64,000 nucleotides of DNA from Chthoniobacterales bacterium. Its GTDB lineage: Bacteria; Verrucomicrobiota; Verrucomicrobiia; Chthoniobacterales; JACTMZ01. Where the stretch lies: positions 2,494 through 66,493 of the forward strand of contig JBIKLF010000006.1 in assembly GCA_044359955.1 (NCBI GenBank), read 5' to 3'. Positions 55,931 through 64,000 of the stretch are shown here, piece after piece. The stretch's first letter is position 1, and each line of letters opens with the position of its first letter. The notes under the pieces are model-generated. The model did no database searches, had not been told where the DNA came from, and saw only the letters and a list, made by a program, of their open reading frames with translations. A program made the translations under genes and the position numbers.

Positions 55931-56341
55931 ATGGTTAAAATTTCTATCTGCTACGAAGGCGGCCTGCGTTGCGCGGCCACACACGGGCCGTCCGGTCAAA
56001 CGGTTTTCACCGACGCACCGGTCGACAATCAGGGCAAGGGCGAATCGTTCTCGCCGACCGATCTGGTGGCCACCGCGTTGGGCGCGTGCATGGCGACCAT
56101 CATGGGCATCGTGGCCGAGCGGCATGAGATCGATCTGCGCGGGATGCAGATCGAAGTGAGCAAGGTGATGTCGGCGGACCTGCCGCGGCGGATTGCCAAG
56201 TTGAGCACGACGATCACGGTTCCGCTGGCGCCGGACCATCCGCAGCGCGCGCCGTTGGAAAATGCCGCACTGACTTGCCCGGTGCACAAGAGTTTGAGTG
56301 CGGAAATGGAAAAGCCGGTGGAGTTTGTTTGGGGCGGGTAG
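55931..56341 (+). CDS. OsmC/Ohr-family peroxiredoxin-like protein
   Basis: 136 aa. FSPTDLVATALGACMA and ALTCPVHKSL, the two conserved Cys blocks. Confidence 0.85.
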   Translation: MVKISICYEGGLRCAATHGPSGQTVFTDAPVDNQGKGESFSPTDLVATALGACMATIMGIVAERHEIDLRGMQIEVSKVMSADLPRRIAKLSTTITVPLAPDHPQRAPLENAALTCPVHKSLSAEMEKPVEFVWGG

Positions 56342-56353
56342 GAGCGCGAAGCG

Positions 56354-56453
56354 CTTGGGAGTGCGCCGGCGCAGACGGCGCTTTTGCTTTTCCACGAACG
56401 GGGATCGGCCCGCGATGAAAAGCGGCGGCTGCGCCGCCGCACTCCAAAAGGGC
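56354..56453. repeat. REP family B doublet, 5' flank of the RAYT gene
   Basis: CTTGGGAGTGCGCCGGCGCAGACGGCGCTTTTG...GAAAAGCGGCGGCTGCGCCGCCGCACTCCAAAAGGG. Direct repeat of 57068..57167. Confidence 0.88.
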
Positions 56454-56491
56454 TTGACGCATGGGCGGCTGGTCGCGACACGGGTGGACTT

Positions 56492-57067
56492 ATGAAGTCG
56501 GGCACGCTTGAGACGGCATGGCCCCATGCGCCGGCCCACCGTTTGGGTGAGGCCGGTGTCTACATGGTGACCGCTGGGACTTATGGCAAGGTTCAGCACT
56601 TCAATACGCCGCAGCGCCTGGATGTTTTGCAGCGCGGACTCCTCGCGGTTTGCCAAGCGAACGGATGGCAACTCGAGGCGTGGGCGGTTTTTACCAACCA
56701 CTACCACTTCATCGGCGTTTCACCTCGAGATCAAGAAGACGCCTCCTCCCTGACCCGGACCCTCGGCGGGTTGCATGCCAAAACCGCCGCATGGGTCAAT
56801 CGCTTGGACGGCACACCCGGAAGGAAAGTCTGGCACAATTTCTTCGAGACGAAACTGACCCACGAAAAGTCGTATTTGGCACGCCTCAGTTACGTGCACC
56901 GGAATGCCATGCGCCACGGATTGGTTCGGGGGGCAGCGGACTACCCTTGGTGCTCGGCACGCTGGTTTGAGCGCACCGCGACCAAAGGTCAGGTGGCGAC
57001 CATTTACCGCTTCAAAACCGACCGGGTTCAGGTGCCGGACGAATACGGTGTGACCGCCGTGGAATAA
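56492..57067 (+). CDS. REP-associated tyrosine transposase (RAYT; IS200/IS605-like Y1 HUH)
   Basis: 191 aa. HUH motif FTNHYHFIG. Catalytic Tyr helix LSYVHRNAMRHGLV. Flanked on both sides by REP doublets. Confidence 0.8.
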   Translation: MKSGTLETAWPHAPAHRLGEAGVYMVTAGTYGKVQHFNTPQRLDVLQRGLLAVCQANGWQLEAWAVFTNHYHFIGVSPRDQEDASSLTRTLGGLHAKTAAWVNRLDGTPGRKVWHNFFETKLTHEKSYLARLSYVHRNAMRHGLVRGAADYPWCSARWFERTATKGQVATIYRFKTDRVQVPDEYGVTAVE

Positions 57068-57167
57068 CTTTTTGGAGTGCGCCGGCTGGACGGCGCTTTT
57101 GCCTTCACGCGAACGGGGATCTACCCGCGATGAAAAGCGGCGGCTGTGCCGCCGCGCTCCAAAAGGG
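57068..57167. repeat. REP family B doublet, 3' flank of the RAYT gene
   Basis: CTTTTTGGAGTGCGCCGGCTGGACGGCGCTTTTG...GAAAAGCGGCGGCTGTGCCGCCGCGCTCCAAAAGGG. Ends 1 nt before the secA stop codon. Confidence 0.88.
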
Positions 57168-57168
57168 A

Positions 57169-60132
57169 TCAGGCGTTGCGGCCGCAGCAGGATTTGAATT
57201 TTTTGCCGCTGCCGCAGGGGCAGGGTTCGTTGCGGCCGACTTTCGGGGCTTCGCGCCGGATGGGCAGTTCCATCTTCAACTCGCCCTGCCCGGCGGCGGC
57301 GGCGCGGGCCGGCGGGCGCACGCCGGCGGACCCGTCGGGCGACTCTCCGCCGGAAAGCTTTTGCTGCAGTTGCGAGAGGAACGTTTCGAAAGACGCGAGG
57401 TTCGTGGTGCTGCGGAAGAGGTTGGTCAGCATCTCGCCGCGGATGCGGTCCATCAGTTCGACGAACATCTTGTAGGCTTCGCTCTTATACTCGACGAGCG
57501 GGTCTTTCTGACCGTAAGCCCGGAGGTAGACACCCTCGCGGAGGCCGTCCATGGCATAGAGGTGCTCCTGCCAGAGGCGGTCGATGGCGTTGAGCAGAAT
57601 GTAGCGCTCGAGCATCTTGAGCGCATCGGCCTGCTCGTGCCCGGCTTTCATCTCGTAAGCCGCTTTGATTTTTTCGACAAGGAACTGTCCGTTCTCCTCC
57701 GCGGTGCGGGTCTCGAATTGCGCGGTGTCGTTTTTCAAGCCGAGCGGGAAGGTCTGGTTGACCCACTGGAGCAGCCCGTCGTAATCGGCCTCGCCTTCTT
57801 CGCCGGGCGCGAGGAGGTCCGCGACTTTTTTCGGCACCATTTCATCGATGACTTCGTAGACCATGGCCCGCGGGTTGTCGGTTTCGATCGCCTCATTGCG
57901 GTAGCCGTAGATGACGGCCCGCTGCTGGTTCATCACATCGTCGAACTCGAGGGTGCGTTTGCGGGTGAGGTAATTGCGCTGCTCAACGCGTTTCTGCGCG
58001 GTTTCCACGCTCTTGTTGAGCCACGGATGCTCGAGTTCCTCGCCTTCCTCCATGCCGAAGCGCTCCATGATCTTGGTCATGCGGTCGGCCGCGCCGAAAT
58101 TGCGCATGAGGTCGTCCTCGAAACTGACGAAGAATTGCGAACTGCCCGGGTCGCCCTGGCGGGCGCAACGTCCGCGCAGCTGACGGTCGATGCGGCGCGA
58201 TTCATGGCGCTCGGTGCCGATGACGTGGAGCCCGCCGACGCCCTGCACACCGGAGCCCAGTTTGATGTCCGTGCCGCGGCCCGCCATGTTGGTCGAAATG
58301 GTCACGGTGCCCGGTTGGCCGGCCCGGGAGACGATCTCGGCCTCCTGGAGGTGGAATTTCGCGTTGAGGACATTGTGCGGGATTTTTTCCCGCTTGAGCA
58401 TACGGCTGAGCAGTTCGGAGGACTCGACACTGGCCGTGCCGACGAGGACCGGTTGCTGCGCGGCATGCCGCTTTTTGATTTGGTCGATGACCGCGTTGTA
58501 TTTCTCGCGGCGCGTCTTGTAGATGCGGTCGTTCGAATCCTTGCGGGCCACATTGCGGTTGGTCGGGATGACGATGACATCGAGATCGTAGATGTCGTGG
58601 AATTCGTTGGCCTCCGTTTCGGCCGTGCCGGTCATGCCGCCGAGCTTCTCGTAGAGACGGAAATAGTTCTGGATGGTGATCGTGGCCAGCGTCTGGGTCT
58701 CGCGGTCGATCTGCACGCCTTCTTTGGCCTCGACGGCCTGGTGCAGACCGTCGCTCCAGCGGCGGCCGGGCATTTTGCGGCCGGTGAACTGGTCGACGAT
58801 GAGGACTTTGTTTTCCTCGACGACGTATTCGACGTCTTTTTCGTAAAGGCAATAAGCCTTGAGCAGTTGGGTGATGTTGTGGATGCGCTCGGCCTGCGCG
58901 TCATAGTGCTGCTGCTTCGCGGCCTTGGCTTCGATCTTCTCTTTGTCGGAGAGCGAAGGATCGAGGTCGATGTCGGTGAATTCGTTGATCAGGTCGGGCA
59001 GGACGAAGGCATCGGGGTCGTCCGGGTTCATGAACGCACGCCCCTGTTCGGTGAGGTCCGCTTCGTGCTGGCGCTCCTCGATCGTGTAGAAAAGTTCCTC
59101 TTTGAGCGCGACGAGCGCCTCTTTGTTGGTGTCCTGGTAGAAAGAAAGTTCCGCTTTGTCGACGAGCTTGCGCATCTCGGGTTCCTCCATGAGGCGCAGG
59201 AGCCCTTTGTTGCGGGGTTCGCCGAGTTTGGCTTTGAAGAGCGAGAGCCCGGCGGTCTCGGTGTCGCCCTTCTCGAGGAGTTCCTTGACCTCGGTGATGA
59301 GGCGGGTGCAGAGCATGGTCTGCTTGCGGACGAGTTGCTCGACGAGCGGCTTGAAGCGGTCGTATTGGTGGGTGGAAACGGTGGCCGGACCGCTGATGAT
59401 GAGCGGGGTGCGGGCTTCGTCGATGAGGATGGAATCGACTTCGTCGACGATGGCGAAGTAATGGCCGCGCTGGACCTGCTGTTCCTTGGAGGTGGCCATG
59501 CCATTGTCGCGCAGGTAATCGAAGCCGAACTCGCTGTTCGTCCCGTAAGTGATGTCGCAGGCGTATTGGGCGCGGCGCACTTCCGGGGGCTGGTCGTGCT
59601 GGATGATGCCGACGGTGAGACCGAGGAAGCGGTAGATTTCACCGACCCACTCGGCATCGCGACGGGCGAGGTAATCGTTGACCGTGACGAGGTGCGCGCC
59701 GCGGCCGGCCAAGGCATTGAGGTAGAGCGGCAGGGTGGCGACGAGGGTTTTGCCTTCGCCGGTGGCCATTTCGGCGATGCGCCCGCTATGCAGGACCATG
59801 CCACCAATAAGTTGCACGTCAAAGTGGACCATCTGCCATTCGAGCGGATGGTCGACCACGCTGACACTGCGCCCGCAGAGACGGCGGGCCGTGTTTTTCA
59901 CCATGGCAAAGGCCTCGGGCAGGATTTGATCGAGGGCCTTCTGCTGCTCTTTGTAGTCCTCGATGGCGGAAATCCGCGCCTTCCATTCGGCGGTCATGCG
60001 GCGGAGGTCGTCGTCCGAGAGCGACTGGTATTGCTCCTCGAATTCGTTGATTTGGCGGACCGTCGGCATCATGCGCTTGATCTCGCGCTGATTTTTCGAG
60101 CCGACGATTTTCTTGATGATGAAATTGATCAT
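57169..60132 (-). CDS. secA: preprotein translocase ATPase SecA
   Basis: 987 aa from ATG 60132 ([20 protein letters not shown]). Walker [28 protein letters not shown], and the C-terminal zinc motif [14 protein letters not shown]. Confidence 0.95.
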   Translation of the reverse strand: MINFIIKKIVGSKNQREIKRMMPTVRQINEFEEQYQSLSDDDLRRMTAEWKARISAIEDYKEQQKALDQILPEAFAMVKNTARRLCGRSVSVVDHPLEWQMVHFDVQLIGGMVLHSGRIAEMATGEGKTLVATLPLYLNALAGRGAHLVTVNDYLARRDAEWVGEIYRFLGLTVGIIQHDQPPEVRRAQYACDITYGTNSEFGFDYLRDNGMATSKEQQVQRGHYFAIVDEVDSILIDEARTPLIISGPATVSTHQYDRFKPLVEQLVRKQTMLCTRLITEVKELLEKGDTETAGLSLFKAKLGEPRNKGLLRLMEEPEMRKLVDKAELSFYQDTNKEALVALKEELFYTIEERQHEADLTEQGRAFMNPDDPDAFVLPDLINEFTDIDLDPSLSDKEKIEAKAAKQQHYDAQAERIHNITQLLKAYCLYEKDVEYVVEENKVLIVDQFTGRKMPGRRWSDGLHQAVEAKEGVQIDRETQTLATITIQNYFRLYEKLGGMTGTAETEANEFHDIYDLDVIVIPTNRNVARKDSNDRIYKTRREKYNAVIDQIKKRHAAQQPVLVGTASVESSELLSRMLKREKIPHNVLNAKFHLQEAEIVSRAGQPGTVTISTNMAGRGTDIKLGSGVQGVGGLHVIGTERHESRRIDRQLRGRCARQGDPGSSQFFVSFEDDLMRNFGAADRMTKIMERFGMEEGEELEHPWLNKSVETAQKRVEQRNYLTRKRTLEFDDVMNQQRAVIYGYRNEAIETDNPRAMVYEVIDEMVPKKVADLLAPGEEGEADYDGLLQWVNQTFPLGLKNDTAQFETRTAEENGQFLVEKIKAAYEMKAGHEQADALKMLERYILLNAIDRLWQEHLYAMDGLREGVYLRAYGQKDPLVEYKSEAYKMFVELMDRIRGEMLTNLFRSTTNLASFETFLSQLQQKLSGGESPDGSAGVRPPARAAAAGQGELKMELPIRREAPKVGRNEPCPCGSGKKFKSCCGRNA

Positions 60133-60251
60133 AACTGCGTCCGCCCCGCGGCGGGAAAACCTGCAAATTATCCGTCCGGACCCCTGTCGCAAAGGAAATT
60201 GGGGGGCTGCGGACTTGCCCCCGAGGCCGGACGGCTTAGGTTCAACGTGCC

Positions 60252-60962
60252 ATGAAAATGTGTTTGCTGACCATCTTGCTGGGGGCGTGGCCGGTCTGGG
60301 CTACCGCCCAAAACACCAATCCGGCACCCCAACCCGATCCGATGGCGGCCTTGGCCGGTCTGATCAAAGCTTTCCAAGGCGCCTCCTCTCCGGACGGGAC
60401 TGCCCCGGAGGGAACTCCGGATCCGCTGGCGGCGGCGGCGCAATTGTTTCAGGCTTTCCAGGGAGGGACCAACAACCCGCTGGCGGCCATGGGAGCAAAG
60501 CCGGCGGTCGATTTCCGCGAATTGCGGGCCCTCCTTCCCGAGGAGGCGGCCGGCTTGCGCCGCACCTCGGCGCGTGGAAAGAAAACCGGCGCTTTCGGTG
60601 CGGGTGTTTCCGAAGCAACGGGCGACTACGGCGAAGCCGGCACCCCGCAACTCGAAATTCAGATCAAGGATCTCGCCGCGATGGGTCCATTGGGTGCCAT
60701 GGCCGGGTTTGGTTGGACCGCGGCCGAAATCGACAGCGAGGGCGACGACGGATACGAGCGCACCACGCAATACAAGGGACGCACGGGACTGGAGAAATAC
60801 CGGACGATTGACCGCTCCGGCTCGGCCACGGTGATGATCGCCGGGCGCTTTATGGTCGAGATCAAGGGCCACAACATTGACCCGGCGCAACTCCGGGCGG
60901 CGGTTGAGGCGATCGACTTCGACGCGCTTGAGCGACTGGCCAATCGCCCGCAGGTCCAGTAG
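60252..60962 (+). CDS. secreted hypothetical protein
   Basis: 236 aa. Signal peptide [19 protein letters not shown]. Pro/Ala-rich linker followed by a globular C-terminal part. No family recognised. Confidence 0.6.
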   Translation: MKMCLLTILLGAWPVWATAQNTNPAPQPDPMAALAGLIKAFQGASSPDGTAPEGTPDPLAAAAQLFQAFQGGTNNPLAAMGAKPAVDFRELRALLPEEAAGLRRTSARGKKTGAFGAGVSEATGDYGEAGTPQLEIQIKDLAAMGPLGAMAGFGWTAAEIDSEGDDGYERTTQYKGRTGLEKYRTIDRSGSATVMIAGRFMVEIKGHNIDPAQLRAAVEAIDFDALERLANRPQVQ

Positions 60963-60966
60963 ACGC

Positions 60967-61459
60967 TCAGCGCCGGTAGCGGGCCGCGAGATCCTCGTGG
61001 CGAACCTCGACGAGCAACCACGCCCAGGGCCAGCGGCCGCTTTTTCGCCAGCGAAATTCGAACACCCCGCGCGCCGCCCGCACCTCTTCGATCACGGCGT
61101 GGGCGACGGGCGAACCCGAGCCGAAAACGCCAAGCGGTCCGCTCGCCGACCATTCGTCGCCGCCTCCGGAGATTTGCCGCGGCCCCGTTGCCGTGATTTG
61201 CAGCGCAAAGAAGTGGCTGAACAACAAGCGCGCCTCGTCGATCGACGTCGGGCGGTCGGTCATGCCCCCACGCATCGCGGTAATCGGGGGACATCATCCG
61301 CTCGACCGCCGGCCAATCGCGGGCCGAGGCGCGTTGGAGCAAATTCAGGGTGTGCAAGTCCACCTGCCGGGCCAGCTGCCAGAGTTGGAAAAGCCAAATC
61401 ACCAACGCGGCCACCGCCGCGATGACCGCGGTTTTGATCCATGACACCGGAACGAGCAC
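60967..61459 (-). pseudogene. membrane-anchored NTF2-like small protein split by a 1-nt frameshift at a C5 run (61265..61269)
   Basis: The N-terminal part is in the frame of ORF 60659..61459 (MLVPVSWIKTAVIAAVAALVIWLF...MSPDYRDAWG). The C-terminal part is in the frame of ORF 60967..61275 (DRPTSIDEARLLFSHFFALQ...FEFRWRKSGRWPWAWLLVEVRHE). Removing one G/C joins them into about 164 aa. Confidence 0.6.
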
Positions 61460-61593
61460 CTTGGATTTTTATACCCGCAGGGTGCACCGGGCGCAGAGCA
61501 GAAAAGAACGCCCTGCCGCAAGCCGGGCTCGGCCGCCTCCTGCCGAGACCCCCTCCCTTGGCAATCATCTTGCACCGAGGGCGCGGGCAGGCG

Positions 61594-63867
61594 ATGGTAC
61601 GGCTCGACATGCCAAGATCCCGCCGCCGGCCCGCTTCCAAAGATCGCCGGCCCGCCTCCCGCCCGAAAGCGGCACCCAGCCCCCGCCGCCCCAAACCCCA
61701 GACGGCGCGGAAAAAGCCGGAAAACACCCCGCCCACGCCTGGTCCGGTTCTCACCCCCTCCGGTCTTTCCGATCCCGAGTTGTCTGCCCGCGTGCTCGAC
61801 CTCGTGCGCAAGCGCCGCCAGTCCCCGCCGTCCCTGCAGGAAATCGCCCAGGTCCTCCAAGCCCGCGGCAAAGACGCACCCTCCGTGGCACGCGTTCTTC
61901 ATGATTTGGAAATCGCCGGCGACATCGTGCGGGTGCGTCAGGACCGTTTCACTCTCCCGGAGGAAGCCGACCTCGTGGTTGGCTCGGTGCAGACCCACCG
62001 CGACGGATCAGCCCACCTCCTGCGCGACAAGCCGGGGGACCCGGAATTTTATCTCACCCCGGAGAACACCGCGACGGCCCTGCCCGGAGACCGCGTGGTC
62101 GTTCGTCATCTGCGCGACCAGCCGCCGCACCGCGGGTATCAACCGTGCGGCCGCGTCATCCGCATCCTCAAACGCGGCACCACGATGGCGGTCGGCACGC
62201 TCGAGAAATCGGACCGCTTCTGGCACGTCGTGCCCGACGACAAATATTTCGTCCACAACATCTACGTCCCCCAACCGGCCGCCCCGCTGCGTCCGAACGA
62301 AGGCGACAAGGTCGTGGTCAAACTCGGCGAATGGACCTCCCGACATACCAATCCCGAAGGCGAAATCGTCGAGGTCCTCGGGCCGGCGGACAAACCCGGC
62401 ATCGACATCGAGTCGATCATCCGCAAGTTCGACCTGCCGACCAAGTTTCCCGAAAACGTCCTCGCCGAGGCGAAGTCGTTTCCCGACACCGTGCCGGAGA
62501 CCGCCGCGCGCGGGCGCGAGGATTGCCGCGGCACGCTCGTGGTGACGATCGATCCGGACGATGCCCGCGATTTCGACGACGCGATCAATGTCGAAAAAAC
62601 CAAGGACGGCTGGAAGCTCACCGTCCACGTGGCCGATGTGTCGCACTATGTCGTTCCGGCCACCCCGCTCGACCACGAGGCCTACCAACGCGGGAACAGC
62701 GTTTATTTACCCGACCGCGTCATTCCGATGCTGCCCGAGGCCTTGAGCAACGGCCTCTGCAGTCTGCGGCCGGACGAAGACCGGCTCACCTTCGCCGCGT
62801 TCCTGGAAATTTCGCATGAGGGCAAAATCCGCAAGTCGCGTTTCGCCAAGTGCATCATCCGCAGTGCCCGCCGCTTCACCTACAAAGAAGCTTTCGTCCG
62901 TTTGCAGGCCAAGCCGGCCGACAAGTTCGACCACATGTTGCACGAATCGTGGGCCATGGCTTCCGTCTTGCGCAAAAAGCGCTTCGAGGAAGGCTCGCTT
63001 GATCTCGATTTTCCCGAGGTCAAAGTGTGGCTCGACGACCAAGGCCGCCCCGCGCGCCTCGAGCGGATCGAGAACGACATTTCCCACCAACTGATCGAGG
63101 AATGCATGCTCGCGGCCAACGAGGCCGTGGCCCGCTTCTTCCGCATGACCCCGGCGTCCGCGATCCACCGCGTCCACGAAAAGCCGGACGAAGCCAAGCT
63201 CAACGAATACCGCGAGCGCGTGCAGATGCACGGGCACAAGGTCGGCAACCTCTCGGTGCGCAAGGAGCTGACACGCTTCCTCAAAATGTTGCGCGGCCAA
63301 CCGGAGGAATACGCGCTGAAGACCGCGCTCCTGAAGAGCCTCAAGCGGGCCAGTTACTCGCCCGAACCGGCCGGACACTACGGCCTGGCCAAGAGCGACT
63401 ACACGCATTTCACCAGTCCGATCCGCCGCTACGCGGACCTCATTGTCCACCGTGTCCTTTCCGACGTCTGCGGCTACGCCAAGCCGAAAGGCCGTATACC
63501 CTTCGGCGAGATCGCCCGGCACATCTCGACGACCGAACGCAATGCGGCGGAAGCGGAACGCGAAGCGGTGCGCTTGAAGAAATTTGAATTCTTCCGCCAG
63601 CAACTGGCCAAGAAAACCGGACAAACTTTCAAAGCCGTCGTCCTCGAAGTGCGCAACTTCGGCATGTTCATCGAATTGCCCGACGTCATGGCCGGCGGTC
63701 TCGTCCACGTCTCCGCCCTCGGCGACGATTTCTACACCTTCGACCAGGCGCGCCAGCGTTTCATCGGACGCAAGAAAAAGAAAGTCTACCAAGCCGGCGA
63801 CAAGCTGGACGTGATCGTGGCCCGCGTCGATCCCTTCAAGCAGCAGCTCGACTTCGCGCCGGCCTGA
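61594..63867 (+). CDS. rnr: ribonuclease R
   Basis: RNB domain (VTIDPDDARDFDDAI, SVYLPDRVIPMLPE, HYGLA..YTHFTSPIRRYADL). C-terminal S1 domain (FGMFIELPD...GLVHVS). Basic Pro/Arg-rich N-terminal extension. Start 61594 or 61609. Confidence 0.92.
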   Translation: MVRLDMPRSRRRPASKDRRPASRPKAAPSPRRPKPQTARKKPENTPPTPGPVLTPSGLSDPELSARVLDLVRKRRQSPPSLQEIAQVLQARGKDAPSVARVLHDLEIAGDIVRVRQDRFTLPEEADLVVGSVQTHRDGSAHLLRDKPGDPEFYLTPENTATALPGDRVVVRHLRDQPPHRGYQPCGRVIRILKRGTTMAVGTLEKSDRFWHVVPDDKYFVHNIYVPQPAAPLRPNEGDKVVVKLGEWTSRHTNPEGEIVEVLGPADKPGIDIESIIRKFDLPTKFPENVLAEAKSFPDTVPETAARGREDCRGTLVVTIDPDDARDFDDAINVEKTKDGWKLTVHVADVSHYVVPATPLDHEAYQRGNSVYLPDRVIPMLPEALSNGLCSLRPDEDRLTFAAFLEISHEGKIRKSRFAKCIIRSARRFTYKEAFVRLQAKPADKFDHMLHESWAMASVLRKKRFEEGSLDLDFPEVKVWLDDQGRPARLERIENDISHQLIEECMLAANEAVARFFRMTPASAIHRVHEKPDEAKLNEYRERVQMHGHKVGNLSVRKELTRFLKMLRGQPEEYALKTALLKSLKRASYSPEPAGHYGLAKSDYTHFTSPIRRYADLIVHRVLSDVCGYAKPKGRIPFGEIARHISTTERNAAEAEREAVRLKKFEFFRQQLAKKTGQTFKAVVLEVRNFGMFIELPDVMAGGLVHVSALGDDFYTFDQARQRFIGRKKKKVYQAGDKLDVIVARVDPFKQQLDFAPA

Positions 63868-64000
63868 TCGCGGGCGGATTTGAACAGAAGATAACGAAGG
63901 AAACGAAGGGGTTGGGAATGGTGCTCCCTCGTGCCGACCAACTCATGACCGGCAAGTCATCGGCTTTCTACTTCTGTGCAAAAAAGTCAGGTCAGTTTCC

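Noticed and set aside
55214-56707. 497-aa minus-strand ORF
   Set aside because: It is antisense to the permease and OsmC genes, crosses a REP doublet, and has an Arg/Ala/Pro-rich composition.
57130-60255. 1041-aa plus-strand ORF
   Set aside because: It is antisense to secA. It has no motifs and a biased composition.

Overview
High-GC (roughly 63-65% by eye) bacterial chromosomal window. Gene content suggests Verrucomicrobiota, Opitutales-like; this is an inference from PEP-CTERM proteins, autotransporter-associated beta-strand repeats, type III glutamine synthetase and the repeat style. I support about 60 protein genes, one tRNA-Ala(GGC), one intact IS1634-family insertion sequence and one RAYT (REP-associated HUH tyrosine transposase) flanked by its REP doublets. 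Housekeeping genes include lexA, glnN, lgt, blc, a nuoG-like gene, xseB-dxs, ppgK-aroB-hemW, an RRM RNA-binding protein, hldD, recJ, glf, secA and rnr, plus a BtuF/FecB-type ABC importer. Accessory content sits in three places. (i) An envelope-glycosylation region at 10.6-21.1 kb holds GT2, a TIGR03663-like GT-C protein and a polytopic protein. It also holds a kinase-less sigma54 enhancer-binding response regulator directly followed by two tandem ~570-aa GT-C-like paralogs. (ii) A toxin-antitoxin/accessory islet at 26.3-31.9 kb holds an AbiEii nucleotidyltransferase pair, a HigB/HigA-like pair, a PEP-CTERM protein, a DUF4143 ATPase and an unclassified two-gene cassette. (iii) A block of four small genes at 45.5-47.0 kb (DUF2442/DUF4160-like, and a retropepsin-like protease plus an 86-aa partner) is wedged between two sugar-nucleotide genes. 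Probable gene lesions are an in-frame amber codon at a conserved Trp of a NavAb-like sodium channel, a frameshift at a C5 run in a small NTF2-like gene, and an IS inserted 4 bp from a regulator's start codon. Intergenic DNA is saturated with at least six families of short interspersed repeats, and some of these reach into coding sequence (glf, hemW, stop codons of nuoG and recJ). No CRISPR array, rRNA or prophage was seen. Many long ORFs in the supplied track are antisense high-GC artefacts and were rejected. All family assignments come from motif recognition by eye, with no database search.
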